From positions 71,796,001-71,860,000 of the forward strand of contig CM060731.1 of NCBI GenBank assembly GCA_030704615.1: 64,000 nt of DNA. The letters run 5' to 3'. The translations under genes were made by a program, and so were the position numbers. Of this stretch, positions 36,004 to 47,900 are shown piece by piece. The number at the start of each line of letters is the position of its first letter. Position 1 is the stretch's first letter. The notes beneath the pieces were generated by a model that ran no database searches, was not told the origin of the DNA, and was given only the letters and a program-made list of their open reading frames with translations. Source of the stretch: Takakia lepidozioides. Taxonomy: Eukaryota; Plantae; Bryophyta.

Positions 36004-39000
36004 CACTATAGGAAAAGGGGGGCCTTTGCGACGCCCGCGCCACGCCGCCGCGTCGGGAAAACGCCCTTTTCGGGCACGCGGGAGGCGCAAAATTTGCGAC
36101 GCCCGGCCGTCGCCCTGCAGTCGCAAGGGCGTCGCTAAAATGATGTCGCAAAAATGCGACGTATGGGGGTTGCGAGCCCCCACCCCAACTCCGCGACTGC
36201 CGGACGTCGGTTTTTCAGGCCGTCCGCGCCGATGGCAGGAGCCTCTTCGAGCGACGTCTCGCCGTTGCGGCCCTCCAGCTGACGGCGTTGGTGGGGGCGC
36301 CGGCACGGCGTCGCATCCCTTTTTTTTTATTCTAACCTGCCCGGGAGTCAGCCGGGTGGTACGCCAAGCAACGCCCGTGCGTCGCTGCAAACGACTATTG
36401 GGCGTGGCACAAAACAGCAGGAGTCGGTCTCCGCCACGCCCGGGCGTGGGTTGTTGCGACGCTCAGGCATCACTTTTGTTTTAAATTTAAGAAAAAAAAA
36501 AACGTGGCGCAGGCAGGGTGGCGGTCTTCGCGACGCCCATCGCGGCTTGCGACCCCTGGACTAAAAAACACGTCGCAGGGGGTGTCGGGCGTTGCCGCCC
36601 GCAAATGGGGTTTGCCACGCCCGACCGTCGCTGCTTGCGACCCCCGCCCAAAAAACACGTTGCCATTGGCGACGAACTGCAGTCGCGAGGGGGGTGGGGG
36701 GTTTATTTTGGGGGTGAATTGGGGGTGGTTTTTTGTTTTTTTCCTGGTTTTGTATTTGGGGATGGGAGAACTTATAGTTCCATTTCTCTGAGTTCGCAGG
36801 TACACAATTGAGCAAGCATGAATCGAGGGTGAGGACGGTGTGACACATGAATAAGATGGAAGATGGAAAGATGGAAATATATTTACAAGAAATGAGCTGA
36901 AAAGCTCACAAGGGTTCAGTAGACTGACCCTAAGACCTACATGGACTAGGACTAGTCATCCTCATCCTCATCCTCAGTGGAGGACTCAGAGGTATCTGAT
37001 GAGCCTGATGACTCCACGCCCTTTGCCAGAGCACGTAAATGAGGCGGCGTTCCCCTAAGTCCCACAGAGCTCTCATCCACTCCCTGGGCATGACCCTCGA
37101 CCTCATCCATACTAGTGCCCTATAGTGCACTCATCCCCTCTGTGTTGGCCATGTTCTTCATGAGGGATTGCCAACCATGCTCCTTGGCGTAGTTGTACTC
37201 TACCGGAGATGGCTTCATTTCAAACGCGCGTTGCTACACATGCCATAAATTAATGTCAGTTCTTCGCAATGATGGAGCCAGAAAGAAGTCATAACAAAAT
37301 CCATAGGGAAGTACGACTTACAAATCGCAAGATAAAACCCTTGGATCCGCCGGCGCCCCACTGTGTGTGTGGATTCGTGCTTGTCAAGGCGGACTGTTGT
37401 TGCTTCGCGTGCCCGGTCAAATTTGGCCTTGTTTGCGGCATCAGTCTCTCCCGCAATGAGTGCATCCTACGATACCTATGCACACCCCCCCCCCCCGGAA
37501 CAATTAGTGAATTACACACATACGTTGCATCGAATCCACCTCATTAATGCACATGCGACAAATGGAAGGTGACATGATTCAGGATTTGCCAACTTGTGTA
37601 GTTCCATAAGGTGGTTTGGGTATGGCCCCCTTTTTCATTGCCCTCCAAATGATCTGTCTGGCACGGTTCCTCCTGTCCTTCAAGTTTCGCCCCACCATCT
37701 CCATCACCCTTGTGTCACTCCAATTGCTCGAAAACCGGCGGTCTAACTCACGGGCATACGCCCGCTTCGCGCCAAAGTGCTGATCAGCCCACTCGATGTG
37801 CAAAGGGAACCACCTCAATGCGAGTTCAAAGGCTGGCTTCTTCATAGCCTCCCAGAATGCACCGCAGGGGTCATCATGGCGATTCACCTCCACCGGTGGC
37901 ACCACGATCTTTGCCAACTCCACGTCTTGTATCGCCAAGGCCATCCCACCCTCTCCCTTCTTTGTAGCCACCTTCCCCTGCTCCTTTGCTACCCCACTGC
38001 CCTCCCCCGCATGCACACTCACCCCTTCCTGTCTATGGGACTACTTTTCCTTCCCCTTCTCCACGACCGTCTCTTCCCCTTCCCCACTACTTCCTCTCTC
38101 TCCTTCTCCCTCTCCCTTCTCTCTCTCTCCTTGGCAGCCCCTTCATTGATGGTAAAAGGGATCTCGGGAGATCGAGGCCTCTTCTTCTTACCTTTGGTGT
38201 TTGGGTCCTTCATGAACACCACGTGCTCTCCCTCATTGGCAACCCCGCTGGACTGCACCAATGAGGCCAGCCATGTTGCTACCTCCTGAAGACAAATAAC
38301 CCCTCCAAATTCAAAAAAAGAAACAAACAACAAAGAAAATCATGCATGCAAAGGATAAATCATGGAACAAGGTGCGAGAGTTGTACCTTTGCAAGCTTGT
38401 CCACTCGCCCCTGGTGTCACCCGATGTGGGAGGAGTCCCCGTTTCCGGATGTGCCCGCTCTATCCCCTCCCGGAGCGCCACTGGAAGTAGATTCCAGATG
38501 TGGAGCATAGCCGGCTGCGGCGCCCCGTAGTCCAGGCCCTTCTTTGCTGACCGCTCAGGCTCAGGGGGCGGTGTCGCTGATCGGCTAGGCTGCTCCGAAC
38601 CGGCCCATACCTCCTCCTCTCCCCCCCCCCCAAATGTGTATCAGGGTAGAAGCCTTCACCCGGCTTGACTTCTTCGAGGCGCTTCGCTATATCTTGGCCA
38701 CTTCATTGGCTCTCTTCGTCTCCTCCTCCCTCATCGACAACAATGGGCTGGCAATGGAGGCTTTCAAAGGCCCTTAAACATGACGTTGGGCCTTGGCAAG
38801 TGCAGCCTTTGTTGCGGAGGAAGGGGTCGCTATGGGGGTGACATCCAAAAGGTGCCCATACCGGCCCCCCGAACGGGTGACGTGCTTGCCAAGGTACATT
38901 TCACCCGTCTTGGTGGCCGGGGATGTGCTCAACTGAGCATCCGGCTCAGCAACAACCTCCCGAATAGGAGAGCTGGCTGAGCCGTCCCCTGGCACAACCA

Positions 39001-39324
39001 AGATGTGGACAAGAGGGGGGGTACTGGCCTCGGGGGGCAGACGAGCCCTCTGGCTGCGGTTGTCGACGGGGCTGGTTAGCCGTGAGACGCCCTGGCGCGT
39101 CACACGTGCCGGCAGAGCAAACGGATTGTCCGCCCCTTTCTTTGGGGCAGGGGACTTCTTCTCTTTCCCCATAAGCTAGCACCTGTCATGCAAACCCACA
39201 AGTTGGCCTCATTAGGAACATTCCAGATCAAAAACAAAAAAAACCAAGCATGTCGGGGGCTGAGAGCAGCAAGTGCTCGGGGTCTCGAGAGGGGGCAACA
39301 AAGAGAAAAGAAAAAGGTGGGGGG
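36004..39324 (-). mobile_element. CACTA (En/Spm) DNA transposon, one terminus visible, interrupted by T3
   Basis: CACTATAGGAAAA begins exactly where the family D frame is cut. Dense GCGACGCCC/GGGCGTCGC subterminal repeats in both orientations at 36028-36690. Confidence 0.75.
36930..39172 (-). CDS. Putative multi-exon CACTA accessory (TnpA/Ptta-like) protein; exon structure not resolved
   Basis: Minus-strand ORFs 38774-39172, 38019-38333, 37579-38022 (WADQ..K..ELDRRF..LKDRR..KPPYG) and 37289-37519 (H..WGAGG..F) resemble En/Spm ORF2 proteins. Confidence 0.5.
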
Positions 39325-40332
39325 TGTCGCGCGGCTTTTACTCACCCATCCCTTCGCTATTCGAGGCGGAAACTCCAAGATAGAAGAGTTGGAAATCTCT
39401 AAGTACTCAGCCCGCGCAGAACAATCAGTCATGACCTACAGCTAGTGTATCATGGGGGTGTTTCCTATTTGTTTCCCTTTTGGTATTCATGTTAGCTATC
39501 TTACCATTGATAATTAAGTATCAGTTTGCTTTATCAATCTATTGGATTCCATCAGCTCATCCATTCATTTCACAGCTTCACTCAGATCTCTCTACACAGT
39601 GTGATTGTATCGTAAAAGTATCCGATTATGATTTATCAGGTATCAGGCCGAAGCCATTGTGTCTCTAATCTGCTCTACAATATCATTACAGCCTTGCATA
39701 TATCAAGCATCTACTCATCATCTCTCTATCTTCACTTCCGTTCTTCATCTCTGCCCGATCCCCTCTCCTTCATGACCAAGAAGTCCTTCTCCGAATGATC
39801 CCCCCCAATTCACCGTTTCTTCCCTTTATCTTCCTATCCGTGGTTCTAACCGTTTCCCTCACTAACCGTCGTCTGTGAACTAACATGTTCCCCACAGTCG
39901 TTCCCTGTCCTGCTCTCCGTTCCCTATGATCGTGACAGCTGTGTCAAGCTGTGACTGGCTGTGTCAAATTGTGACGGGCTGTGACTGGCTGTGCGACTGT
40001 GTTTGGCTGTGTCGGGCTGTGACTGGCTATGTGGCTGTGTTGGCTGTGTCGGGTTGTGTTGGCTGTGACGACTGTGACGGGCTGTGTCGGCTGTGTCTGC
40101 TGTGACGACTGTAACGGGCTGTGTTGGCTGTGTCGGCTGTGATGACTGTGACGGACTGTGTTGGCTGTGTCGGCTGTGACTACTGTGACGGGCTGTGTAA
40201 CCCCCCTCTACAGTGCGCTGCTGTCACCCCTAAGGCTCCTGTTGGTCTCAGTGTTGGTCTCAGTCTGTGCAAAAATTAAGGGTACCCTACAGACCCCGTA
40301 TAAGTGTCTAAGTCCCCGACAGTCCTCTAACA
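39325..40332 (-). repeat. 3' LTR of T3
   Basis: Direct repeat of 51638-52645; PPT at ~40336-40349. Confidence 0.95.
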
Positions 40333-40370
40333 TTACCCCTTCCCCCCTCAAAAAGCTGTGTCCTCACGGT

Positions 40371-43300
40371 TTACTGCTTTCGATTAGCAAAGCTTTGTGA
40401 GTGAGCATCTTTTTGACGTTGAGAGTTTCGTGGCGGACTGTGTGTACGAGCCCGAGGTCTGTCTCTGGTTGACGGAGATGGTTGATCACTACCTGGATAA
40501 GTGAGGCCCTCTGGAGGCTGATATCGAGGTAACCTTTCCGGCATAGGAGACCCCCGTCGCTTCTTCTCTGCCATCTGAACTGCATAGTCTTCTCCCATGT
40601 CAAAAGAATTCGGTGAAGAAACAGTTGTATCAGAATCCTCATCGCCTCTCAGGTGTTTTAATTTTCGAACTTTTTGTGGAATCATCTGGGGCATACAATG
40701 CTGTCCTACCATGTCTGGAAGTTTGTATTTTACAACTTGGTGTAACCGCTGAACAGCAAAATTGGTGTAGACACTGAGCTCCTTGTCTGTCTAGGTGAGT
40801 GGGGTACCAATTACTGGTGCAGCGTGCAAGTATTTCCATGCCACATGTCCCTTATAGAAAATGTCATCAATGCCGAATTTTTGTGTTGACAAATGGTTCC
40901 AGGCCGCTTGAAACCATGAACGAATTTGAGAATCCTTTTGCATCATAACTTTTGGGTCATATAGGTACATATGAGGTGGCACCGAAGGTAATACCCAATG
41001 ATCTCACTGGAATAACTCAGAAAGCGTGTTTGCATCTTTTGTTGCTCAATGTGGTAACGTACCAGAAAACAAGCAGCGTAGTATAACCCGCATCCCATGA
41101 CAATACTTGCTACCTCCTTGGTCTTGGTATAAATGAGTCCATGTACAACCTGGAAAGCAATCAATTCCCTCAACATGGTACCTGCCTCGTGCCAGTATTG
41201 TGCAAAGTGATGATCTTCAATATGTCGATTGTTCGGAAGAACTTTAGTTCTAGTTGCCACTGGCAGCCAAATACGCATGATTTGGTAGTAATGTGCGAAT
41301 GACTGCGGAGGACTAAATTCTTTCCAAGCCAAATCCAACATGATGGGAATTTGGTTGAAGGGCATAATCATAGCCCTACTGTACTCCCTTGCAGCTGGAG
41401 TTTTAGGTGGGTTAAAAGCGGCATTGCCCCATACCTCCGGCTGTGGTGTGGTTGTAGTAACCACAGGTTCAGCTACTGATACAGTGACTTGTTGTGGTGG
41501 TGGTGGTGGTACTGGCTCTTGTATCATTGGCATCTCCTGCACCTCCTGTGAAGACTGAAAAGCCAAAGTTCTGGCTTAAATAAGAAGCCATTAGCTGTTC
41601 CTGAGGGATATAGACTCTTTTGTCGATGTTTGAAGTGAGGTCTTCCACTTGAGTCTGGAGTCCGTCTACATCCTCTTGTAACTCTGCTATGCTACTATAG
41701 ACATTGTCTATAGTAGTTGTGGCAATGTTCTGCACCTGCAGCCTGAGCTCATTCATCTCGCTTTGGGTGAGCTTTCGTGGTGCTTTGCCCTCTACTGGCC
41801 CTTGTGCTAACCAGACCTGCATAAGGCTGTTATCCACCAAGTTGCTTGTGGTTCCCCTGAGAGCTTGCTTCTCTCTTAGCTTGTACAATTCCAACTGCTG
41901 TTGTAAAGCCTCCATGCGCTTCGCCTGAGGTTCAACCAATTGCGTATAAGCAGCAAGTAGATTATTGGCTTCCTTCCAAGCCTTGTTATTGACCGCGATT
42001 TCATTTCTATTGGCCATGATGGTTTGTTGCAACTCCACGATGTGCTTCTCTTGATTAGCTTCAATCTGCCTGTATTGCTTGAAAGTATCTTCATTGCGAC
42101 AGATTGTATTCTTCATATCGACAATGAGCTTCATTTGCTCAACATTCTCTTTTTCTGCCTTCGTACATTTTTCCGCTTGACTGTTTATTTCTTTTGTAGA
42201 TTGGTCAAGCATAGTTGTAAATGTAGCACATTGTATCGCCATCCTGTCATGCACTGTCTGCAACTCCGTATGTAGTGCATTCACTTCTTGCAACTTGCTT
42301 TCATGCTGCACCTGCATTTGGTATAGCTGTTGCTTATGTGCTTCGTGCAACTGGTCTTGCGCGAGGCCTGCCTCAATCAATTGTTCCTTGGCCAATTGCA
42401 AAGCCATTTCTGTATTTCCCAAGTCCTGCTTCATCTTGAGAGTGACCTCTTCATCGACCTTGTTTGCACACTCAGTGGCTAGTCGAGCCTCAAACTCCTT
42501 CCTGAGTTCCTCTCTCAAGGCTGTCAATTGGGTAATTGGAACATGGGATTTGACATAAGTCCCCAACAAATTAAGTGTCCTGCCTATGGAACTCATCAGC
42601 ATTGCCTGTTGAGGGTCATCATGGTGAGGTTGCTGCTCTTCCTCCTGATCTTCAACAGTGTGATGTCTCACGAACCATTCAGGCCATTGTCCCACCGGAT
42701 TTTCTTCCTGAACTACTTCATCTATCACCGGTGCTACAGTGTCATGACCTTCCGCCTGTGGTACCTCCGACACAGGTGTGTGTATTATATGCACCTCAGG
42801 ATTTCCCTTGGGCAACTGTTGCACCTCTGGGATCTCTGTCTCCTTGACCAGACCAGAATATTCATAGAGAAGGTCCCCCTTCTCCATTTCTGCCACTATC
42901 TGTTCTGTAGTTGGAATATCTAACCCTTCTCTTTCCAAATCAATTATTTCTGGTTGAGCTGCATGGATAACTTGTGACCTTGTGACAAGTCGATCAGTGG
43001 CTGTGATGGTTGTGATACAGAAGTAACTTCCTCCTCCCTCTCTGAAGGTCCTGCTTCCAGTAATAGCATTTTCTGTGCTGCTGTGCCTCTTCCGACCATG
43101 AGCTTGGGAAACATTATCATGCGGAATCCGTGAAGCCAGTGGATCCGCCACTACAGTCTTTCCCCGTCTCTGCCTCTTAGTCTCGGGTTGCCCTGCTAGT
43201 CCACCCTCACTGTGTGAAGAGCCTTGCTCTTCCATTGCAGTTGTTTCTGGCTCAAACACTCCCATTTCCTTTCTTTCTTGCGCATCAAGTATGCCAGAAT

Positions 43301-44125
43301 CAAGGATTATTTGAGCAATGATTGGGCCAGACACTATGATAGGAGACTTTGCGGTAGTACCTTGTAATCTTTTCATCTCCTCTACCAGTGCGTTGTACAT
43401 AATGTCCGCCCATTGTACCTCTTGTCCCTTCAGGCCTTTGAGTATTTCCTCCGTGAAGGATCTGCTCAAATACTGTTGGTTCTGTTTCATGGCAATCAGA
43501 ACGTTCAATACCTGGCCTACCTCTTTTAGCCCTGGGTACACAGCCTTGGTACAAGCATAACCCTGAGTTTTAAAGAAACTCCCTTCTTGGAATAAGTCCC
43601 CTATTTGCAGTCTTGCCCTGTGTTCCTCCACATGCACCTGACCTGCTGGCAATCGAAACAATTGCTGGAGGTATAGGGGAGTAATCATTAATTCAACTCC
43701 CTTCACCGTTGTTGTTCCTGTCCTTGGCTCAAAGTTCTGCAAAAATTGTAACATGTACTGTCTATGGTGTAGTGTCCAATCTAGGCTTTGCAATCCTTGC
43801 AATCTCAGCTCCTCCAGTATCTGTATCGCCTGTGGGGTAGCAATCGTTTGTTTCTGCAGAATTGTGGTGCTCTTCACCCTGATTTCCTCCATTCCTCTCA
43901 CTCTCTTCATTTTAGACTCACAGAACTGTTTTGGCTGTAACAACTGCAGAATGCCTGTAGTGCACAAAGCATAAACGTATGGTTGCCGCAGAAAGCTATG
44001 GGTAATTTCTTGTAAGCCTGCGGGGCTTGCAAGCATCGCTCAAGAGAAAAGCTCCGCTCTGTCCTTTCGTGTCTATGCCACTGCGTAAGTAATATTGCGA
44101 GCGTATAGTCTGTTAGTTCCTCCAT
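40371..44125 (-). CDS. Extra 3' ORF (ORF3) of T3, with a few frameshifts and a stop
   Basis: ORFs 43907-44572, 41469-44036, 40943-41566, 40791-40982 and 40371-40712 are collinear with the T2 ORF3. Confidence 0.75.
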
Positions 44126-44599
44126 ATTTTCCAAGCTATAGCATTGATGGTCTGTCCCGTCGAGACGCCCGTTACTCAGAACGACGCCGCCTCTTGCGCT
44201 CAATTTCCCTCCATTTTCTTGATCCTTTCTCTGGTTTTCTATTGGCTGTATCCGCTGTGACTGGATTTTAGATTTTATTTTCTTTAGTGGACTTTCCCTG
44301 TTGGATAGTCCACTAGGATCACACATGTGACAAGAATTCCGCTTTTCTGTACTTGCCGTTCGTTCCGTTTCCCTTTTTCCGTATTCATTAATGGGCCCGC
44401 CTTTCATCCCTTTTGACGGCCGTTCTTGTCCTCTTTCTTTTTGACACCTGCTCTTGCACTTCCTTCTCGGCTGTGTGTCGCGCCCTGACCTCCACGTGTC
44501 TATTTTTAAAGTAATTTCCGTTTTCTCTTCCGTCAGCCATTTTCCTGAAGTTATTATGCGTCCACTTGTCACTGATTCTATGGATCGTGTAACTTTAGT

Positions 44600-44900
44600 A
44601 GGCTGTGTTGAGCTGTGACAGGCTGTGTCATACTGTGTTACGCTGTGATAGGCTGTGATGCACTGTGGTAAGCTGTGATAGGCTGTGACACGCCGTGGTA
44701 GGTTGTGATAGGCTGTGTTGCGCCGTGCTGGGCTGTGATAGGCTGTGTCACGTTGTGATGGGCTGTGATAGGTTGTGCTTTGCCTTGATGGGCTGTGATA
44801 GGCTGTGCTTGCCTTGATGGGCTGTGATAGGCTGTGCTTTGCCTTGATGGGCTGTGATAGGCTGTGCTTTGCCTTGTTGGGCTGTGATAGGCTGTGTCAC
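44600..44900. repeat. 10/30-bp periodic GGCTGTGATA array encoding QPITAxxxxx repeats at the integrase C-terminus
   Basis: Strict 10-nt periodicity; equivalent array at ~29565-29835 in T2. Confidence 0.9.
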
Positions 44901-47900
44901 GTTTGTTTTGCCCCCCTGGTCATATATGCTGGGCCTAGCGACAAGTGCTCCATACTCCGTTCGTAACACTGGTGCAGCCCGTGACTGCTCTTGCGGTTCA
45001 ACATGCAAATCATGCTGCAAGGGTTTGTCATGGATACCACTGTACCCCTTCAACTTATTTGCATTGACTCTTCCCAGCATTTCTTTGTTAATGGTTTGTA
45101 ACATGGCGGTGTTGTTATCATACATCTTTTGTATGACATAAGGTCCTTTCCATGGTGATTTAAGCTTAGAAGCTTGAATCTTTCCTTTCTTCTGCAACCA
45201 TAGAACCAAATCCCCCGTCTTAAAAGTCTTTAACTTGCCTTCATCAAACTGTTCCTTTCGCTTCATCTGAATTCTGGTCATATTATCAGCTGCATCAGCA
45301 CGTACTTCTTCCACATGGTATAATTCATGTTTCCTGACCTTGATGGAGTCTTGCAATTCCATTCTTTTTCCCCACTCCGTTCTCATGGTAGGTAACAGGA
45401 ATTCCACTGGAAGTAAGGCTTCCATACCATAAACTAATTGGAATGGTGTATACTTAGTGGTGACTTTATATGAAGTCCTGTATGACCACAAAGCTGTCAG
45501 CAGCTTTGTATCCCAATCCGTTCTGTTTGCATTGACTATCTTAGCCAAGATAGTACATAGTATTTTGTTGGTAGCCTCTGCCTGCCCATTACCCTGTGGG
45601 TAATATGTTGTACTCTTTCTATGCACAATCATAAACTCTTTAGTCAACAACTCAATGGTCTCATTCATGAAGTGACTTCCTTGATCACTGATAAATTCTA
45701 AGGGACAGCCAAATCGTGTAAGTATGTTCTCGTACAGGAACCTTGCTGTGGACTTGGCTGTGTTGTCCCTCAAAGCTTTAGCTTCCACCCACTTTGTAGT
45801 ATAATCAGTGGCTGTAATTATGTACCTGTTTCGTGTATTCTTGGATGGTGGGTTAATTGGTCCAACAAAGTCTAGTCCCCATTTCTGAAATGGTTCCGTA
45901 GGCATTGTAGGATGCAAGGCCATCCTTCCAGATCTCTGCAAAGGTCCTAGCCTCTGACATTCATCACACTTCTGACAATACTCGTGTACATCTTTGAACA
46001 AAGTAGGCCACCAGTATCCTGCGAGTAGTATCTTTCTACTGGTAGTCTCTTCTCCAAAATGACCTCCAGCCACTCCTTTATGAACTTCCGCCAAAACTTT
46101 ATTTACTTCATGGTGGTACAAGCATCGTTTTAGTACTCCATCAGGTCCTAACTTATACATTCTGCTTCCTACCATAGTATAAGGTAAAGCTTTGATAGCG
46201 ATTCTCTTCCTCTGCTCCTTACCATAACTAGGTGGGCACTGACCATGAGCAAGGTAGTATCTGATTGGCCACTGCCAATCTAACCAGTCATCTGCACTTC
46301 CCTGCACCTCCACTGCAAAGAGACTCGCATCTGGTAATTGATCATCTATTCCTGTGGCTGGTTCTCTGTTGACAATCGTGACAAATGATCCGCCACAAGA
46401 TGCAGTCTCCCAGGCTTGTAAACAACCTCGAACTCAAACTCGTGCAAGATTATCAACCATCTTGCTATTCTTCCGCTTATCAGAGGTTTGTTTACCAGGT
46501 ATATCAGAGCCTGGTGATCCACATAGAACATAAACTTCTTGCCCAACAGGTAATGCCTGAATTTCTTCACTGCATAGATCATTGCCAATGCTTCTCTTTC
46601 CGTTGTGCTATAGTTCCTCTCAGCACTGTTCATCAACCGGCTAGCATAGTACACAGGTGAATCTATATTCCCTGTAACATTCTGGGCTAACACCGCTCCC
46701 AACGCTTCTCCTGATGCATCGCAGTGAACATGGAATACTACATGCCAGTGAGGGTTAATCAGCACAGGTGTAGTTGTTACTGACAGTGTAAGTCCTCAAA
46801 TGCCTGTTGACATTCAGCTGTCCAGACAAACACTGCATCTTTCTTCAGTAGTTTGCTCAATGGTGCTGCTATTTGTGCATACCTTTTGACAAATCTCCTG
46901 TAATAACTGGTTTGCCCAAGGAATCTCCGTAGACTTTTAACATTCACTGGTGGTGGAGAGGCTTTAATGGACTCTGTCTTTCTGGGATCCACAAGGAGTC
47001 CCTTCTTACACACAATGTGTCCCAGAAGCACCCCTGAGTTCACACAGAAAGTACACTTCTCTGGATTCAGGCCCAGACCTCTCATCCTACATCTGGCCAA
47101 ACATAACTCCAATTTATGCAAGTGCTCACTCTTAGAGCTGTACACACTGAAATCATCCAAGAATACCTGCATGAAATCATCCAGATACTCATGAAAAGAT
47201 TCACTTATCACTCTCTGAAAGGTCGCTGGTGCATTACAAAGTCCAAAGGGCATGACTTTGTATGCATAAGCCCCCCAGTCTGTGATGAAAGCTGTTTTCC
47301 CTTGGTCTTCTTCTGCCACTTGCACTTGATTATAACCACTGAAGCCATCCATGAATGAGTACATCTCATGGCCTGCCACAGTGTCTAATACTGCTTCTGT
47401 GAATGGCAAAGGGAAAGGATCTTTCTTCGTACAAGCATTCAGCTTCTTATAGTTCACACATACTCTTAGTTTGCCATTCTTCTTGGGAACTATAACAATG
47501 GCTGACAACCAAGTTGTATACTCTATTGGGTATATAAACTTAGCCTCAGCCAACTTCTTGATCTCTTCTCCAACCTTCTGTGCGTAGTTGGGATTCATTC
47601 TATACCTCGCCTGCTTGATTGGTACTGACCCTGGTTCCAGTTCATCTTATGCTGACAGACTTCAGGTGGTATCCCTTTTAGATCCTCATAGCTCCAAGCA
47701 AATACATCTCTGTATTTGATGAACAAGCTTTTAGCTTCTTCGAAGAATTCCGGCTCCAAATCAGCTCCTACTTTCACCATCCTCGGTTCCTCTTTAGTTC
47801 CCACATTTACTTCCCTCACCTCCTCATCAGCTGTGATTGTCCAACCAGTCACCACTTCATCCTGTAAGCTCACAGTGGCTGGTTCTTCTAGGATTTCTAT

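Noticed and set aside
37119-37127. CCTATAGTG as the second CACTA terminus
   Set aside because: Only 9 bp match, it is not followed by the AAT duplication, there are no subterminal repeats, and putative exons continue across it.
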